From assembly GCA_964563085.1 (NCBI GenBank), contig CAZLVS010000002.1, positions 64,091 to 128,090 of the forward strand: DNA of 64,000 nucleotides, written 5' to 3'. Positions 8,451-18,817 of this stretch are shown here, piece after piece. The stretch's first letter is position 1; each line of letters begins with the position of its first letter. The position numbers were made by a program, and so were the translations under genes. Source of the DNA: an uncultured Ignavibacteria bacterium (lineage in GTDB: Bacteria > Zixibacteria > MSB-5A5 > UM-FILTER-46-8). The notes beneath the pieces are model-generated. The model was not told the DNA's origin, made no database searches, and saw only the letters and a program-made list of their open reading frames with translations.

Positions 8451-10697
8451 ATGAAAAAGAGACAAATTCTAATAGCAATGATACTTGCTATCCTGGTTTC
8501 CACAAGCGGGGCGGAGGTTATAAACATCCCCGAAGACTATGAAACGATTCAGGAAGGGATAGACGCCAGCACAGACGGCGACATGGTTTTAGTTGCACCG
8601 GAGACCTATAATGAAAACATAAACTTCCATGGCCGCAAAATAATCGTAGCATCATATCATTTCACCACCGGTGACACAGCTTTCATAACATCGACCATCA
8701 TTGACGGGGGAGAGAACGGTTCAGTAGTTCGATTTTGTAATTATGAAGATAGTCTGTCTGTTTTAACCGGCTTCACAATCCGGAATGGAAGCACAATGGG
8801 ATTAGGGGGAGGAATTCAGTGCTGGGAATCCGGTCCAAAAATCACGCACAATAAAATTGTCGATAATGCCGCTGGCGAAGGCGGTGGAATCGGTTGTGGA
8901 TGCTGTGCGTATGGCGGTAGTGGTCCGATAATTTCCGACAATGAAATCGCCAATAATTCCGCAAATGATGGAATGGGAGGGGGAATAAGCTGCAATCAAG
9001 TCTCAGGGGCGAAGATCACCAATAATGTTATCTCCTACAATACCGCTTCAACCGGCGGAGGAATTGGGTTTGATGATACCTCCGATGAATGGGTTAACAA
9101 CAATACGATCTGTTACAATTTGGCTGACGATGGCGGCGGGATTAGTTGCAGCAGGATTGGACAGGTTACTATTACCAACAATGAGATTCTCGGTAATTCC
9201 GCCGAAAGAGGCGGGGGGATTAAAATGTATGAGAATTCGGGGGGCTGGATTGACAGCAATACTATCATATATAACTCGACCGATGATGGAGGCGGCATAT
9301 ACTGTGTCGGTAATTCAACGCCTTCCATTGCTAACAATATTCTTGCCAGTAATACCGCCAACAATAAAGGCGGAGGCATTTACTGCTGGGGAGCCGAACC
9401 TTCTATTAGCGATAATTCCATCGAAAACAATTCGGCATATGTTGGCGGAGGAATCTACTGTTATGAAATTACCGAACTGATAATCGATAACAACAACATC
9501 GACGGCAACTCTGCCGATGAAACCGGAGGCGGTATACTCGCAGATAGCGGAACTCCTATCATTATCAACAACACTATTACCGGTAATTCCGGTTCTTCGG
9601 GGAAAGGGATAGCATGTGTTAATTCAGATGCCTCAATAAGAAATAACCTTATCACCCTCAATCAGGAATTCGGGCATGGCGGAGGTCTTTTCTGTTCCCA
9701 TAGCGATCCCCAAGTTGATCACAATACCATCACCGATAATTCAGCCGGCAGAGGCGGCGGTGTTTACTGTTACAATTCCAATCCAATAATAACAAACACT
9801 ATTCTGTGGGGGAATTCGGCTACTTATGGTTCTGAAATCTATACAGTTGATAGCGATCCGAGCGTAACTTATTCGGACGTGGAAGGCGGATGGACAGGAG
9901 AAGGAAATATTAACGCAGATCCTTTGTTCTGCGATCCGCAGCTTCCGGATTTTTGGCTTGCAGAGAATTCTCCATGTGTTGGAAGCGGTCAAAATGGCGA
10001 GGATATAGGGGCTTATGGGATCGGATGCGAGGCGATTGGCATTTGCTGTGATATCGACATGATTCCAGATGATGATCCTGTCATTGTTCCTCCTGGCGGT
10101 TCATTTGGTTTGACAGGCATTATAGGCAATCCAACTGATGATCCGATTACAACCGACGTATGGGTAGGCGTAATATACATGGGGAGTTTCTACCAGCTCT
10201 GGAATTTCCCGAACATTCAGCTTAATTCCGATCAGTATCTGAATTCTCATCTTAATCAAAACGTTCCGGGCAATGCTCCGGTAGGGACTTATGACTATGT
10301 CGCTTATTGCGGCGACAAACCTGAAGTCTGCGACTCAGCAAAGTTTCAATTCACAGTAAGCGGAGCTCGTATTAACGGCGGCGCCGAAGAATGGAACCTT
10401 CAGGGAGGATGGAAGGAGGATGAACTTGCTCCGACCGAATGCATACTCGATAGTAACTATCCAAATCCCTTTAACCTGAAAACTACGATCACCTACGAGC
10501 TGCCGAAAGCATGTGAAATTTCTCTTACCATCTATAATTTGATGGGTCAGGAACTGGCTACGTTGGTGGAGGGCGTACAGGACGCAGGTAAACATCAAGT
10601 GCAATGGGATGCCGCTAATCGGTCCAGCGGAGTTTATTTCTATAAATTGGAGGTTGGTAATAGAGTATTCACAAGGCGGATGACATTGTTAAAGTAG
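8451..10697 (+). CDS. secreted right-handed parallel beta-helix repeat protein with conserved pre-CTD module and T9SS C-terminal sorting domain
   Basis: Signal peptide. About 20 repeats of NNxIxxNSAxxGGGIYC. Module MIPDDDPVIVPPGGSFGLTGIIGNP. CTD NYPNPFNLKTTITYEL...GVYFYKL...RRMTLLK. The 5' leader, RBS and MKKR start are near-identical to the preceding gene. Confidence 0.85.
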   Translation: MKKRQILIAMILAILVSTSGAEVINIPEDYETIQEGIDASTDGDMVLVAPETYNENINFHGRKIIVASYHFTTGDTAFITSTIIDGGENGSVVRFCNYEDSLSVLTGFTIRNGSTMGLGGGIQCWESGPKITHNKIVDNAAGEGGGIGCGCCAYGGSGPIISDNEIANNSANDGMGGGISCNQVSGAKITNNVISYNTASTGGGIGFDDTSDEWVNNNTICYNLADDGGGISCSRIGQVTITNNEILGNSAERGGGIKMYENSGGWIDSNTIIYNSTDDGGGIYCVGNSTPSIANNILASNTANNKGGGIYCWGAEPSISDNSIENNSAYVGGGIYCYEITELIIDNNNIDGNSADETGGGILADSGTPIIINNTITGNSGSSGKGIACVNSDASIRNNLITLNQEFGHGGGLFCSHSDPQVDHNTITDNSAGRGGGVYCYNSNPIITNTILWGNSATYGSEIYTVDSDPSVTYSDVEGGWTGEGNINADPLFCDPQLPDFWLAENSPCVGSGQNGEDIGAYGIGCEAIGICCDIDMIPDDDPVIVPPGGSFGLTGIIGNPTDDPITTDVWVGVIYMGSFYQLWNFPNIQLNSDQYLNSHLNQNVPGNAPVGTYDYVAYCGDKPEVCDSAKFQFTVSGARINGGAEEWNLQGGWKEDELAPTECILDSNYPNPFNLKTTITYELPKACEISLTIYNLMGQELATLVEGVQDAGKHQVQWDAANRSSGVYFYKLEVGNRVFTRRMTLLK

Positions 10698-10704
10698 CTG
10701 CCAA

Positions 10705-10860
10705 ACACTTATAGAGCGTAGACGGAACCGCGAAGGTTCGGTTTTAATTCGCTACGTCCCGTTGAAGTTGGTGCGATGACAGCAGGTCGGCGGACGTCCC
10801 CGCCAAAGGCGGGCAAGCCCGTCCGCCGACCCAGATTGATGACGAAGTGGATAAAAACCC
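10705..10860. repeat. GC-rich intergenic repeat (family B copy) plus long GC hairpin
   Basis: ...AATTCGCTACGTCCCGTTGAAGTTGGTGCGATGACAGC matches 28395-28440. Hairpin GTCGGCGGACG-TCCCCGCCAAAGGCGGGCAAGCC-CGTCCGCCGAC. GAACCGCGAAGGTTCGGTTTT terminator-like hairpin at 10729-10752. Confidence 0.5.
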
Positions 10861-10901
10861 GCCATTATTAATGATAATGGTCCTCCCGGTTCCGATTTCA
10901 C

Positions 10902-13103
10902 CTATGGGAACATTCGCCTCAACTGCGAGCCTGTTAACCCGGTCTTACCGCTATCGGATACCTGAACGATAAGGCTGCCGATTTTAAGCCGGACGTTATC
11001 ACCCACAGCGAGATATTTACCCAATTCGGGGGCTCTGTCAAGTATGGTGAAGTATGCGTCGGAGAACCTTTCTATTTCAATGTCGAATTCATCCGATTCG
11101 ATATCCCCCTGCACCCAAATATCGTCACCCGCTTTGAAGAAAGCTTTGGAGCCGACCTGGATCAGTAATGTATCGACCGCTTTGGATACGCCCGGCTGAT
11201 TGAACTCAGTCCCATCCATAAAACCCGCCCGGTTGGATCCCCGCTGCGCTTTCAATGCCATGGATTGACCGACCGCTCCCTTTCCGGTCTGTTCACTCCT
11301 CATCGCATCCAAATTATATGCCAGCTGCTTTTTCGCCATTGATTTAGCTCGCTCGGATGAACTCGCCCGGATGTAATCATCCCCGATGACGAGGAATGAA
11401 GTGTATTCCGTCACGATTCCGTATTTCTTGGAAAGGTCGATAACCTCATTGACCAGCTCCTCTGACTCGCCGTGCAATCTTAACTGCTGCAGAAGATATC
11501 CGATACGTCTGTTAGCCCAGAGAAGAGCGATATAGCTGTCATCATCGGAACCATCGGTGAATTCAACCGGAAAATGATACTTGGCTTGTTCCTTTCCCCT
11601 TTGACCGGTAATCTTCGCCGATGACTTACCCTCGCCTTTAAATCTACCGGATACGATTATTTCGGAACCATAAAAGAGATCGGGAAACGGATCCGGATAC
11701 AGGTTCTCAAAATCGATATCTTCGAAATCGATCTCAATATCGGCAAGCGCGGGACGGCTGATTCTGGTTGCCAATCTGGATACTTTCACTTCGATATCCT
11801 CATCAGGTTTCACATAATCCGGCAGCCCCCCATTCTCTTGCGCTAGTCTGTCCAGCAGGTGTGCGTTGACATCATACCCGACGCCGAATGCGAAGAGTTT
11901 AGCGCGGCTTTCGTTCTTTTCGGTGGTATTCTCGATGATCTGGTTGATATCGGTATTGCCCACCGAGGGAAGTCCATCGGTCAGGAAGATAATATAAGTC
12001 GGGTCGCCATCCGGCTCAATAATCTCGCATCCGACTTCCAATGCTTCATAAATATTTGTGCCGCCGTTAGCGTCCAAGCCCTGGACATATTCAATCAATT
12101 CCTCGATATTATCCTTACCCGCAGATATCATACGTTCGGAGAATGCGCTGACGTTATCGGAGTAGTCGAGCAGAGCAAACTCATCGCCGTCGTGCAGACT
12201 TAACAAGCAAAATTCCAGAGCGTCTTTAGCTTGTTTAATCTTCTCTCCCTTCATACTGCCGGATCTATCCAGGATGAAGATTACATTTTTATCAATCTTA
12301 CGGCTTTGCTTCTCCAGCGGTGGAGAAAGTATTCCAAAAAAGTGTCCGTATCGTTCACCCGGTTGGCGATAGCTTTTAAGGTAAAATCCAAAGTCCTTCT
12401 TCTGGCGAGCAAAGTAGAGAATAAAATCCCTTCTGGGTTTAACATTTTCCTCGTAATATTTGGCGGTTAGCTCCCTTTCGCTCTTTCTGTTTACTTCAAT
12501 CTGGTGCGTGGGACTATACACGGCAGTAATATCTTCGAAGGACCTGACATTCACTTCGACCTTACAGTCCTGCAGTTTCGAGCGGGAGTATTTTTCAGTA
12601 TTCAGAGGATAAAGATACTCAACAGCGCCGAAATCGGACTGCAGTGTTTGTTTGTATTCGATTTGAACCCGCACTTCCCCGTGAGCAGGTACGGGATAAA
12701 CACGCACGCGATACATCCCCCGGTCGGCATACTCCAGCAACGCCGGATCTTTTCGCTTGCGCACTATATCACGATAAATTTTTCGCGCTTGTTCGGCATC
12801 GAGCAATTCCGCTTCCATTTTACGGCCCCCAACCGTCATCGTAAAATCATCGATAGCGGCGTTTTCCGGAATCGGAAAGATGTAGTCCGCTTCGAGTTCC
12901 AAATGATGCGGATTGACGAAAACCTGGTCGATGCGGGTGATTGCCACCGGATCATCGATCTCCACATCGACATGATGATACTTTACATCCACAAGTGGTC
13001 TTTCCGGTAAGATCGGACTGGGGCGCGGTATAAGGACGCCATCGGCTAAAGCCGAACCTGCCAGCAAAATAGCCAGCATCATTGCGGTTAGTAGTTTGTT
13101 CAT
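10902..13103 (-). CDS. secreted VIT + von Willebrand factor A domain protein
   Basis: Signal peptide MNKLLTAMMLAILLAGSALA. N-terminal VIT-like region. vWA with MIDAS VIFILDRSGSM...TNIYEAL...IIFLTDG. Confidence 0.75.
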   Translation of the reverse strand: MNKLLTAMMLAILLAGSALADGVLIPRPSPILPERPLVDVKYHHVDVEIDDPVAITRIDQVFVNPHHLELEADYIFPIPENAAIDDFTMTVGGRKMEAELLDAEQARKIYRDIVRKRKDPALLEYADRGMYRVRVYPVPAHGEVRVQIEYKQTLQSDFGAVEYLYPLNTEKYSRSKLQDCKVEVNVRSFEDITAVYSPTHQIEVNRKSERELTAKYYEENVKPRRDFILYFARQKKDFGFYLKSYRQPGERYGHFFGILSPPLEKQSRKIDKNVIFILDRSGSMKGEKIKQAKDALEFCLLSLHDGDEFALLDYSDNVSAFSERMISAGKDNIEELIEYVQGLDANGGTNIYEALEVGCEIIEPDGDPTYIIFLTDGLPSVGNTDINQIIENTTEKNESRAKLFAFGVGYDVNAHLLDRLAQENGGLPDYVKPDEDIEVKVSRLATRISRPALADIEIDFEDIDFENLYPDPFPDLFYGSEIIVSGRFKGEGKSSAKITGQRGKEQAKYHFPVEFTDGSDDDSYIALLWANRRIGYLLQQLRLHGESEELVNEVIDLSKKYGIVTEYTSFLVIGDDYIRASSSERAKSMAKKQLAYNLDAMRSEQTGKGAVGQSMALKAQRGSNRAGFMDGTEFNQPGVSKAVDTLLIQVGSKAFFKAGDDIWVQGDIESDEFDIEIERFSDAYFTILDRAPELGKYLAVGDNVRLKIGSLIVQVSDSGKTGLTGSQLRRMFP

Positions 13104-13279
13104 AGCAAATCTCCTCCAAAGAACGTTTCTGTTTGGTTGTTATCTGTTTTTACGTTCCTTTTCAAATTTTGTGCGTTTTTTTATTTTGTTTGAGAATCAC
13201 CTCATAAGGAATGATTTTTCTTTTTGCCTTCAGCATTTTTCTGCTATATAAATACTTAAATTGGAAGCAGAGGTAAGTA

Positions 13280-15982
13280 ATGTATTCAATGTCTCGATCG
13301 AATTGCGATTCACAGCATAGCATTGGGCGGGATGGGAAAGAGAAATTTGAGCGACTCTTCAAATTATACGGAACCTGCTTCTTACTGCTGATACTCTCTC
13401 TTCTCATTCTCCCAAACTTCGTTCTTTCAGAGACGAAAATCGAAAAGCCCCGCAAGAAAATATCTGCTGTTCGTATCACTCAATATCCTCCGCAAATCGA
13501 TGGAAAGTTGAACGACCCCGCCTGGGATAAGGCGGTTTTTGCGTCTGGTTTCGTCCAGAAAGAGCCTGTAGAAGGGGCGGCGCCGACGGAGAGAACCGAA
13601 GTGGGAATACTCTACGATAACCACGCAATCTACGTGGCAGCGAGGATGTATAGCGATAATCCCGGTGAAATACCGTTGTATTTGAATCGCAGGGACAACC
13701 ACGGGAAGACCGAGCAGTTCGCAATTTCTTTGGATACCTATCACGATCGACGGACCGCTTACGGTTTTGGAGTAACGGCGTCCGGTGTCCGATTCGATCG
13801 TTACTACCCGAAGGATGTGGAATGGAATAAGGACTACTCTTTTGATCCGGTATGGGATGCGGCTGCATCGGTCGACTCGTTGGGATGGACTGCCGAGATG
13901 CGCATACCGTTCTCACAGCTTCGGTTCAATGATGAACATGAGCAGGTTTGGGGAATAAATCTCAACCGATGGATACCCTCAAGATTTGAAGATGATTACT
14001 GGATAGTAGTCCCCAAGGATTCCACTGGCTGGGCGTCGCGATTTGGTGAGTTGGTGGGAATTGAAGGTATCAATCCCTCTCGCCGGCTTGAGGTTCTGCC
14101 CTATTTCGCATTGAATTCTCATTTAACCGATGATTACGCAGAGGACGATCCATTCCATGATGGCAGCGACTTTTCAACCAATATCGGCGGCGATCTGAAA
14201 ATGGGATTGGGTCCCAACCTTACACTGGAAGCCACTATCAATCCGGATTTCGGGCAGGTGGAAGCGGACCCCGCAGTCGTGAATCTCTCTGCTTACGAGA
14301 CTATTTTTTCAGAGAAGAGACCGTTCTTTATAGAGGGTAACCAACTGCTCAGCTCAAGTGTAGGTTTTTACTCCAGACGTATCGGAGCCCCGCCGCACGG
14401 AAGCGCCTCGGGCGATTATGTGGATATGCCGAATAATACTACAATATTGGGAGCCGCAAAGATGTCCGGGCGGTTGAGTTCCGGGCTTTCGATTGCGGCT
14501 CTGGCAGCGGCAACGGAGCGGGAATATGCGAGCACATACGATACCACGACCGGAGTGAAAAGTAAGGTGGAGGTGGAACCGGCTGCGTTTTTTGGTGTAG
14601 CCAAGCTGCAACAGGAATTTGGAGAAGCGCGTTCCACCATCGGATGGCTCATCACCGGAGTTGCGCGGGATATATCCCATGAAGATCCTTTAGCCTCGCA
14701 ACTACGAGATAAAGCCTTAACCAGCGCAGTGGACTACAACCTCCGTTTCCGCGGAGGAGATTATTCACTCAGCGGTTTATTAGGTGTGAGTCATATAAGC
14801 GGAAGCAAACAGGCTATGCTGAGTACTCAAAAATCCAGTGTTCATTACTACCAAAGACCGGATGCGGATCATGTTACGCTGGATTCCAGTAGAACATCCC
14901 TGTCGGGCTTCGGATTCTCTGTCAACCTGAGCAGGAACAGCGGTAAACATTGGTTGTGGAATGGCGGTTTTACGGCTGAATCTCCGGGGCTGGATTTGAA
15001 TGATGCGGGGGTGCTGCAATCGGCCGATGATATCGGCGCAACTTACCGGGTGACTTATCGGGAGAATACACCCGGCAGTCTGTTTTACAGATACGACATA
15101 GACTTTTATACCGAATCGGGCTGGAATTTCGGAGGTGTCAGGCAATACACATACGGGGGTATAAATCCCGCATTCACCTGGAATAATTATTGGGAGACAT
15201 ATCTTGATCTGGGTTATGGGCTCCGTGCCGTCAGCGATGACTGGACCCGCGGAGGTCCGTTAATGGGCAAACCCCGCGGAGGATGGCTCGGAATCGGAAT
15301 TCACAACAGTTTCAGCGCTGATAGGCGCTATGGATTTGATTATGAGAATTCCTGGGATGAATTCGATGGTTACCATCATGAGTTTGAACTGAGTTTTTCT
15401 TCCCGCATCGGCGAAGCCCTGGAGATATCGATTAATCCCGAATATTACTTTTCCGAGAACTCCCGACAATATGTCGCCACACTGGACAACGGTTCCCCTT
15501 CGACTTACGGCAAGCGTTATATATTCGCGCGTATTGATAGAAATGAACTCTCGGCTCAGTTCCGCATTAATTATTTCTTCACGCCGGATTTAAGTCTGGA
15601 AATATATGCCCAACCGTTCGCATCCAGCGGCGACTATTTCGATTATGGCGAACTCCCTGCGCCGCGGAGCAGAGATATGAGGATATATGGCGAAGACGGC
15701 ACGACCATCATACGGACAAACGGGTTATACACGGTAACCGACGGCAACGAGACCTTCACCGTTCCCGACCGGGATTTCAGCTATCTTTCCTTCCGCAGTA
15801 ATATTGTCTTAAGATGGGAATTCAAACCGGGGAGCACCCTATATCTGGTTTGGCAGCAGAATCGAGATGAGGACAGGGATACAGATAAGGAAATCCGCAT
15901 CAAATCCCTGTGGAATTCGGTAAAATCCGACGGTGAGGATTTCATCGCTCTTAAAGTGAGTTACTGGATACCTGTGATGTAA
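13280..15982 (+). CDS. CBM9-like/DUF5916 family outer-membrane-associated protein
   Basis: 900 aa. Signal-like N-terminus. LNRRDNHGKTEQFAISLDTYHDRRTAYGFGVTASGVRFD region typical of the Bacteroidota DUF5916 hydrolase-like family. Confidence 0.65.
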   Translation: MYSMSRSNCDSQHSIGRDGKEKFERLFKLYGTCFLLLILSLLILPNFVLSETKIEKPRKKISAVRITQYPPQIDGKLNDPAWDKAVFASGFVQKEPVEGAAPTERTEVGILYDNHAIYVAARMYSDNPGEIPLYLNRRDNHGKTEQFAISLDTYHDRRTAYGFGVTASGVRFDRYYPKDVEWNKDYSFDPVWDAAASVDSLGWTAEMRIPFSQLRFNDEHEQVWGINLNRWIPSRFEDDYWIVVPKDSTGWASRFGELVGIEGINPSRRLEVLPYFALNSHLTDDYAEDDPFHDGSDFSTNIGGDLKMGLGPNLTLEATINPDFGQVEADPAVVNLSAYETIFSEKRPFFIEGNQLLSSSVGFYSRRIGAPPHGSASGDYVDMPNNTTILGAAKMSGRLSSGLSIAALAAATEREYASTYDTTTGVKSKVEVEPAAFFGVAKLQQEFGEARSTIGWLITGVARDISHEDPLASQLRDKALTSAVDYNLRFRGGDYSLSGLLGVSHISGSKQAMLSTQKSSVHYYQRPDADHVTLDSSRTSLSGFGFSVNLSRNSGKHWLWNGGFTAESPGLDLNDAGVLQSADDIGATYRVTYRENTPGSLFYRYDIDFYTESGWNFGGVRQYTYGGINPAFTWNNYWETYLDLGYGLRAVSDDWTRGGPLMGKPRGGWLGIGIHNSFSADRRYGFDYENSWDEFDGYHHEFELSFSSRIGEALEISINPEYYFSENSRQYVATLDNGSPSTYGKRYIFARIDRNELSAQFRINYFFTPDLSLEIYAQPFASSGDYFDYGELPAPRSRDMRIYGEDGTTIIRTNGLYTVTDGNETFTVPDRDFSYLSFRSNIVLRWEFKPGSTLYLVWQQNRDEDRDTDKEIRIKSLWNSVKSDGEDFIALKVSYWIPVM

Positions 15983-16114
15983 AGAGATCGCACAAAACGA
16001 TTACGACAGGTGAGGGCGCCGGTTGCTGCAATGAAACGTCTGTTCGAATACGCCGTTGATCAAAACCTTTGTGGTTTTAACAGATAGAATTGTCGAACCG
16101 GCAAGGAACTCCAT

Positions 16115-17077
16115 CTACGCTTCCGCCGGCAATGCTCTCAGATACTCGGTGCTTTTGTATTTCTGATGGATATCCTTCTGTGCTCTCTCCACCTGCTCCG
16201 GAGTAAGATTCAATACCGACGCCGCTTTCTCGTTAGGTATTCTATTCTCCAGCGCATACCAGATCAAATCCATGGTTTCGAAATCCAACCGGAAGAAAAA
16301 CTCCTTCTGAGTGACCTCTGCCGAATAGGTATCGGTGGTGGGAGTTCGTTTGATGATATCCTCGGGAACACCGAGATATTTACCGAGCTGGAACACCTGC
16401 GTTTTATAAAGATGCGCGATCGGCTTTACATCAGCGCCGCCATCGCCGTATTTAACGAAAAAGCCCTGCTCGTGTTCATTTTTGTTGCCGGTTCCGATAA
16501 CGCAGTAATTGTGCTTTTCCGCATGGTAGTATAACGTCATCATTCGTGTACGCTGCTTATAGTTGGAAGCGGCGACTATCTGCAGGTAGTTTTTGGGCGG
16601 CAATCGTTTCGTGATAACCTCGCCATCAGGGGATTCAACCGCCACGGAGAAAAAATTCAGTCCCCCGGTTTCCAGAAGATTCTGAGGTAGAACGATTTTA
16701 CACTTCCATCCTTCGCCGTATTCGGGTATCAGTTGCCTGATAGCATCATCACGCTTCCGGTAAACCTGTGCGCCTTCTAAAATCGGGGTGATATCCTCGA
16801 CAAGGTAGGTTATGCCGAATTTGTTCGCCAGGTTCTCCGCCAGCGGGGAGGAAACCGAGGAGGATTCTTTTTCGGGCATAGCGATGCCGATCACTTTCTC
16901 AGCTCCGAAAGCACGGGCGCAAAGAGCGGCTACCACGCTGGAATCGATTCCGCCGGAAATTCCAACTACAGCGCCGGCACGCTTGAAATTGGTCAATACA
17001 TGCTCACGAAGGAAATTGACAATTCGCCTGGTTTCCTTCTCGCAATCGAGATTAAGTATTTCTCTGTTGAATTCCAT
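16115..17077 (-). CDS. nadE: NH3-dependent NAD+ synthetase
   Basis: PP-loop GISGGIDSSVVAALC. 320 aa. Confidence 0.85.
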   Translation of the reverse strand: MEFNREILNLDCEKETRRIVNFLREHVLTNFKRAGAVVGISGGIDSSVVAALCARAFGAEKVIGIAMPEKESSSVSSPLAENLANKFGITYLVEDITPILEGAQVYRKRDDAIRQLIPEYGEGWKCKIVLPQNLLETGGLNFFSVAVESPDGEVITKRLPPKNYLQIVAASNYKQRTRMMTLYYHAEKHNYCVIGTGNKNEHEQGFFVKYGDGGADVKPIAHLYKTQVFQLGKYLGVPEDIIKRTPTTDTYSAEVTQKEFFFRLDFETMDLIWYALENRIPNEKAASVLNLTPEQVERAQKDIHQKYKSTEYLRALPAEA

Positions 17078-17092
17078 TATCGCTCCTTATAA

Positions 17093-17123
17093 GTAAGATT
17101 GTCGAAACCATAGAGGTTGCGAC
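17093..17123 (-). terminator. terminator-like hairpin immediately 3' of the acyl-CoA ligase gene (recurrent GTCGAAACC motif)
   Basis: ATTGTCGAAACC-ATAGAG-GTTGCGACC inverted repeat. Related copies at 16088, 31631-31668 and 31933-31950. Confidence 0.35.
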
Positions 17124-18665
17124 CTACACCTTTGTGAGTTCGTTCTTTAATTCGTGTTTCTTTACCTTCCCCGATGCGGTCTTTGTCAAGGATTCCTTAA
17201 ACTCCAGACGCCTCGGTATTTTGTAATGGGGAAGGTGCTTGTTACAAAATTTCAAAATTTCCGCCTCGCTTATAACCGCTCCCGGACGCGCCACTATCAC
17301 AGCAACTATCGCCTCTCCGAGTATTTCATCCGGCTCGCCGATTACCGCCACCTCATGCACCCGCTCATCTTCCATTATCAATTCCTCGATTTCCTTGGGG
17401 CTGATCCGATGCGCACCGGATTTTATCATGTCGGATTTTCGGGATACAATGTACAGGTAACCGTCTTCATCTATTGTTGCCAGATCACCGGTATGCAGTC
17501 CATCCGGTTTTAATACTATGCGGGTGTCATCCTCGTTTTTCCAGTATCCCATCATTATGTTATCGCCGCTGGCGATAATCTCCCCGGTTTCTCCCGGCGC
17601 CACCTCCAATCCCATCTCGTTTTTAACCTTCAGCGTCACTCCCGGAATCGCCTTCCCGATTGAGCCGGATTTTTTGGTAAGCATTTCAGGTTCAAGGTAT
17701 GACAGCCGCGCCGATGCTTCGGTTTGCCCGTACATGATATAAATCCGGGTATCCGGCAACGCGCCTCGGAGTTCATCGGCTAACGCCGGCGACATGGGAC
17801 CGCCGGCCTGTGTTATATACCGCAAATTTGATAAATCGAAATTCTTAAGACCTGCTTTATGCGCCAAAACCGCGAAAGTCGAAGGCACGCCAGCGAAACC
17901 TGTTACATTTTCCTCAACCATCCTTTGCAGAACTTTCTGCGGATATGCAAACCGATTATCAATAACAATACTTCCCCCGCAAGCTACATGAGTCAGAAGC
18001 AAGCTGTTTCCATAAGAATAATAAAACGGCAGGACAGCCATGACTCGATCATCGAAACTCAAACCGAGATATTGAATTATCGACTGAGTGTTAGCGTTAA
18101 GATTTTTATGAGAGAGCATCACTCCCTTGGGATTACCGGTTGTACCGGAGGTATATATAATCTGCGCCAACTCCTCTTCGTCTCTCGTCATCGGCTTAAA
18201 ATCGGTCGGCTGACTTGAATATATATCAAGCATCTCCCTTAGCTGTATATTCTCAGTCGATAGCGAATTCGGGAGTTTGTCGTCGTAGAAAACGAATTTT
18301 AGCGAGGGACATTCCCTGGCAATCTTCAAAGCCGTTTGTATATGTCTTCCGGAGGTTACGATTCCGGTCGCCTCGCAATGATTTATTATATTCTTAAGAT
18401 GACGTTCTTTATTTGCGGTGGATTGTCCAACCACTACTCCGCCTGCCATTAGACAGCCGAAGTATGAGACAACATATCCGATGGAATTATCGATATAAAG
18501 GACTATTCTTTCGCCCGGATTCATTCCCGCCTTTTTTGCGGCGAAAGCGAATTTCCCGGATAGGTCTAAAAGGTCGAAATAGTTAACCCTTTCCTGTTCG
18601 GATATAACCGCATCTTTAAACGGGAATTTATATGCGGAATTTATCATTAATTCAGATATCAGCAT
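17124..18665 (-). CDS. AMP-dependent synthetase/ligase (acyl-CoA synthetase family)
   Basis: AMP-binding motif IYTSGTTGNPKGVMLSHKNL. 513 aa. Confidence 0.85.
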   Translation of the reverse strand: MLISELMINSAYKFPFKDAVISEQERVNYFDLLDLSGKFAFAAKKAGMNPGERIVLYIDNSIGYVVSYFGCLMAGGVVVGQSTANKERHLKNIINHCEATGIVTSGRHIQTALKIARECPSLKFVFYDDKLPNSLSTENIQLREMLDIYSSQPTDFKPMTRDEEELAQIIYTSGTTGNPKGVMLSHKNLNANTQSIIQYLGLSFDDRVMAVLPFYYSYGNSLLLTHVACGGSIVIDNRFAYPQKVLQRMVEENVTGFAGVPSTFAVLAHKAGLKNFDLSNLRYITQAGGPMSPALADELRGALPDTRIYIMYGQTEASARLSYLEPEMLTKKSGSIGKAIPGVTLKVKNEMGLEVAPGETGEIIASGDNIMMGYWKNEDDTRIVLKPDGLHTGDLATIDEDGYLYIVSRKSDMIKSGAHRISPKEIEELIMEDERVHEVAVIGEPDEILGEAIVAVIVARPGAVISEAEILKFCNKHLPHYKIPRRLEFKESLTKTASGKVKKHELKNELTKV

Positions 18666-18817
18666 TTAACCTCCTTATTTACTTTTTATATCGGGTAAAA
18701 TTCGGAAATATCAATGTCCATTCACCAAAGCTGCAACCGCTTCAAAAACTGTAAATTTGGGTTGACAATCACGCGGCATCTCCGTATACTCGGAAGTTTA
18801 GAAAGTATTTGAGAATA

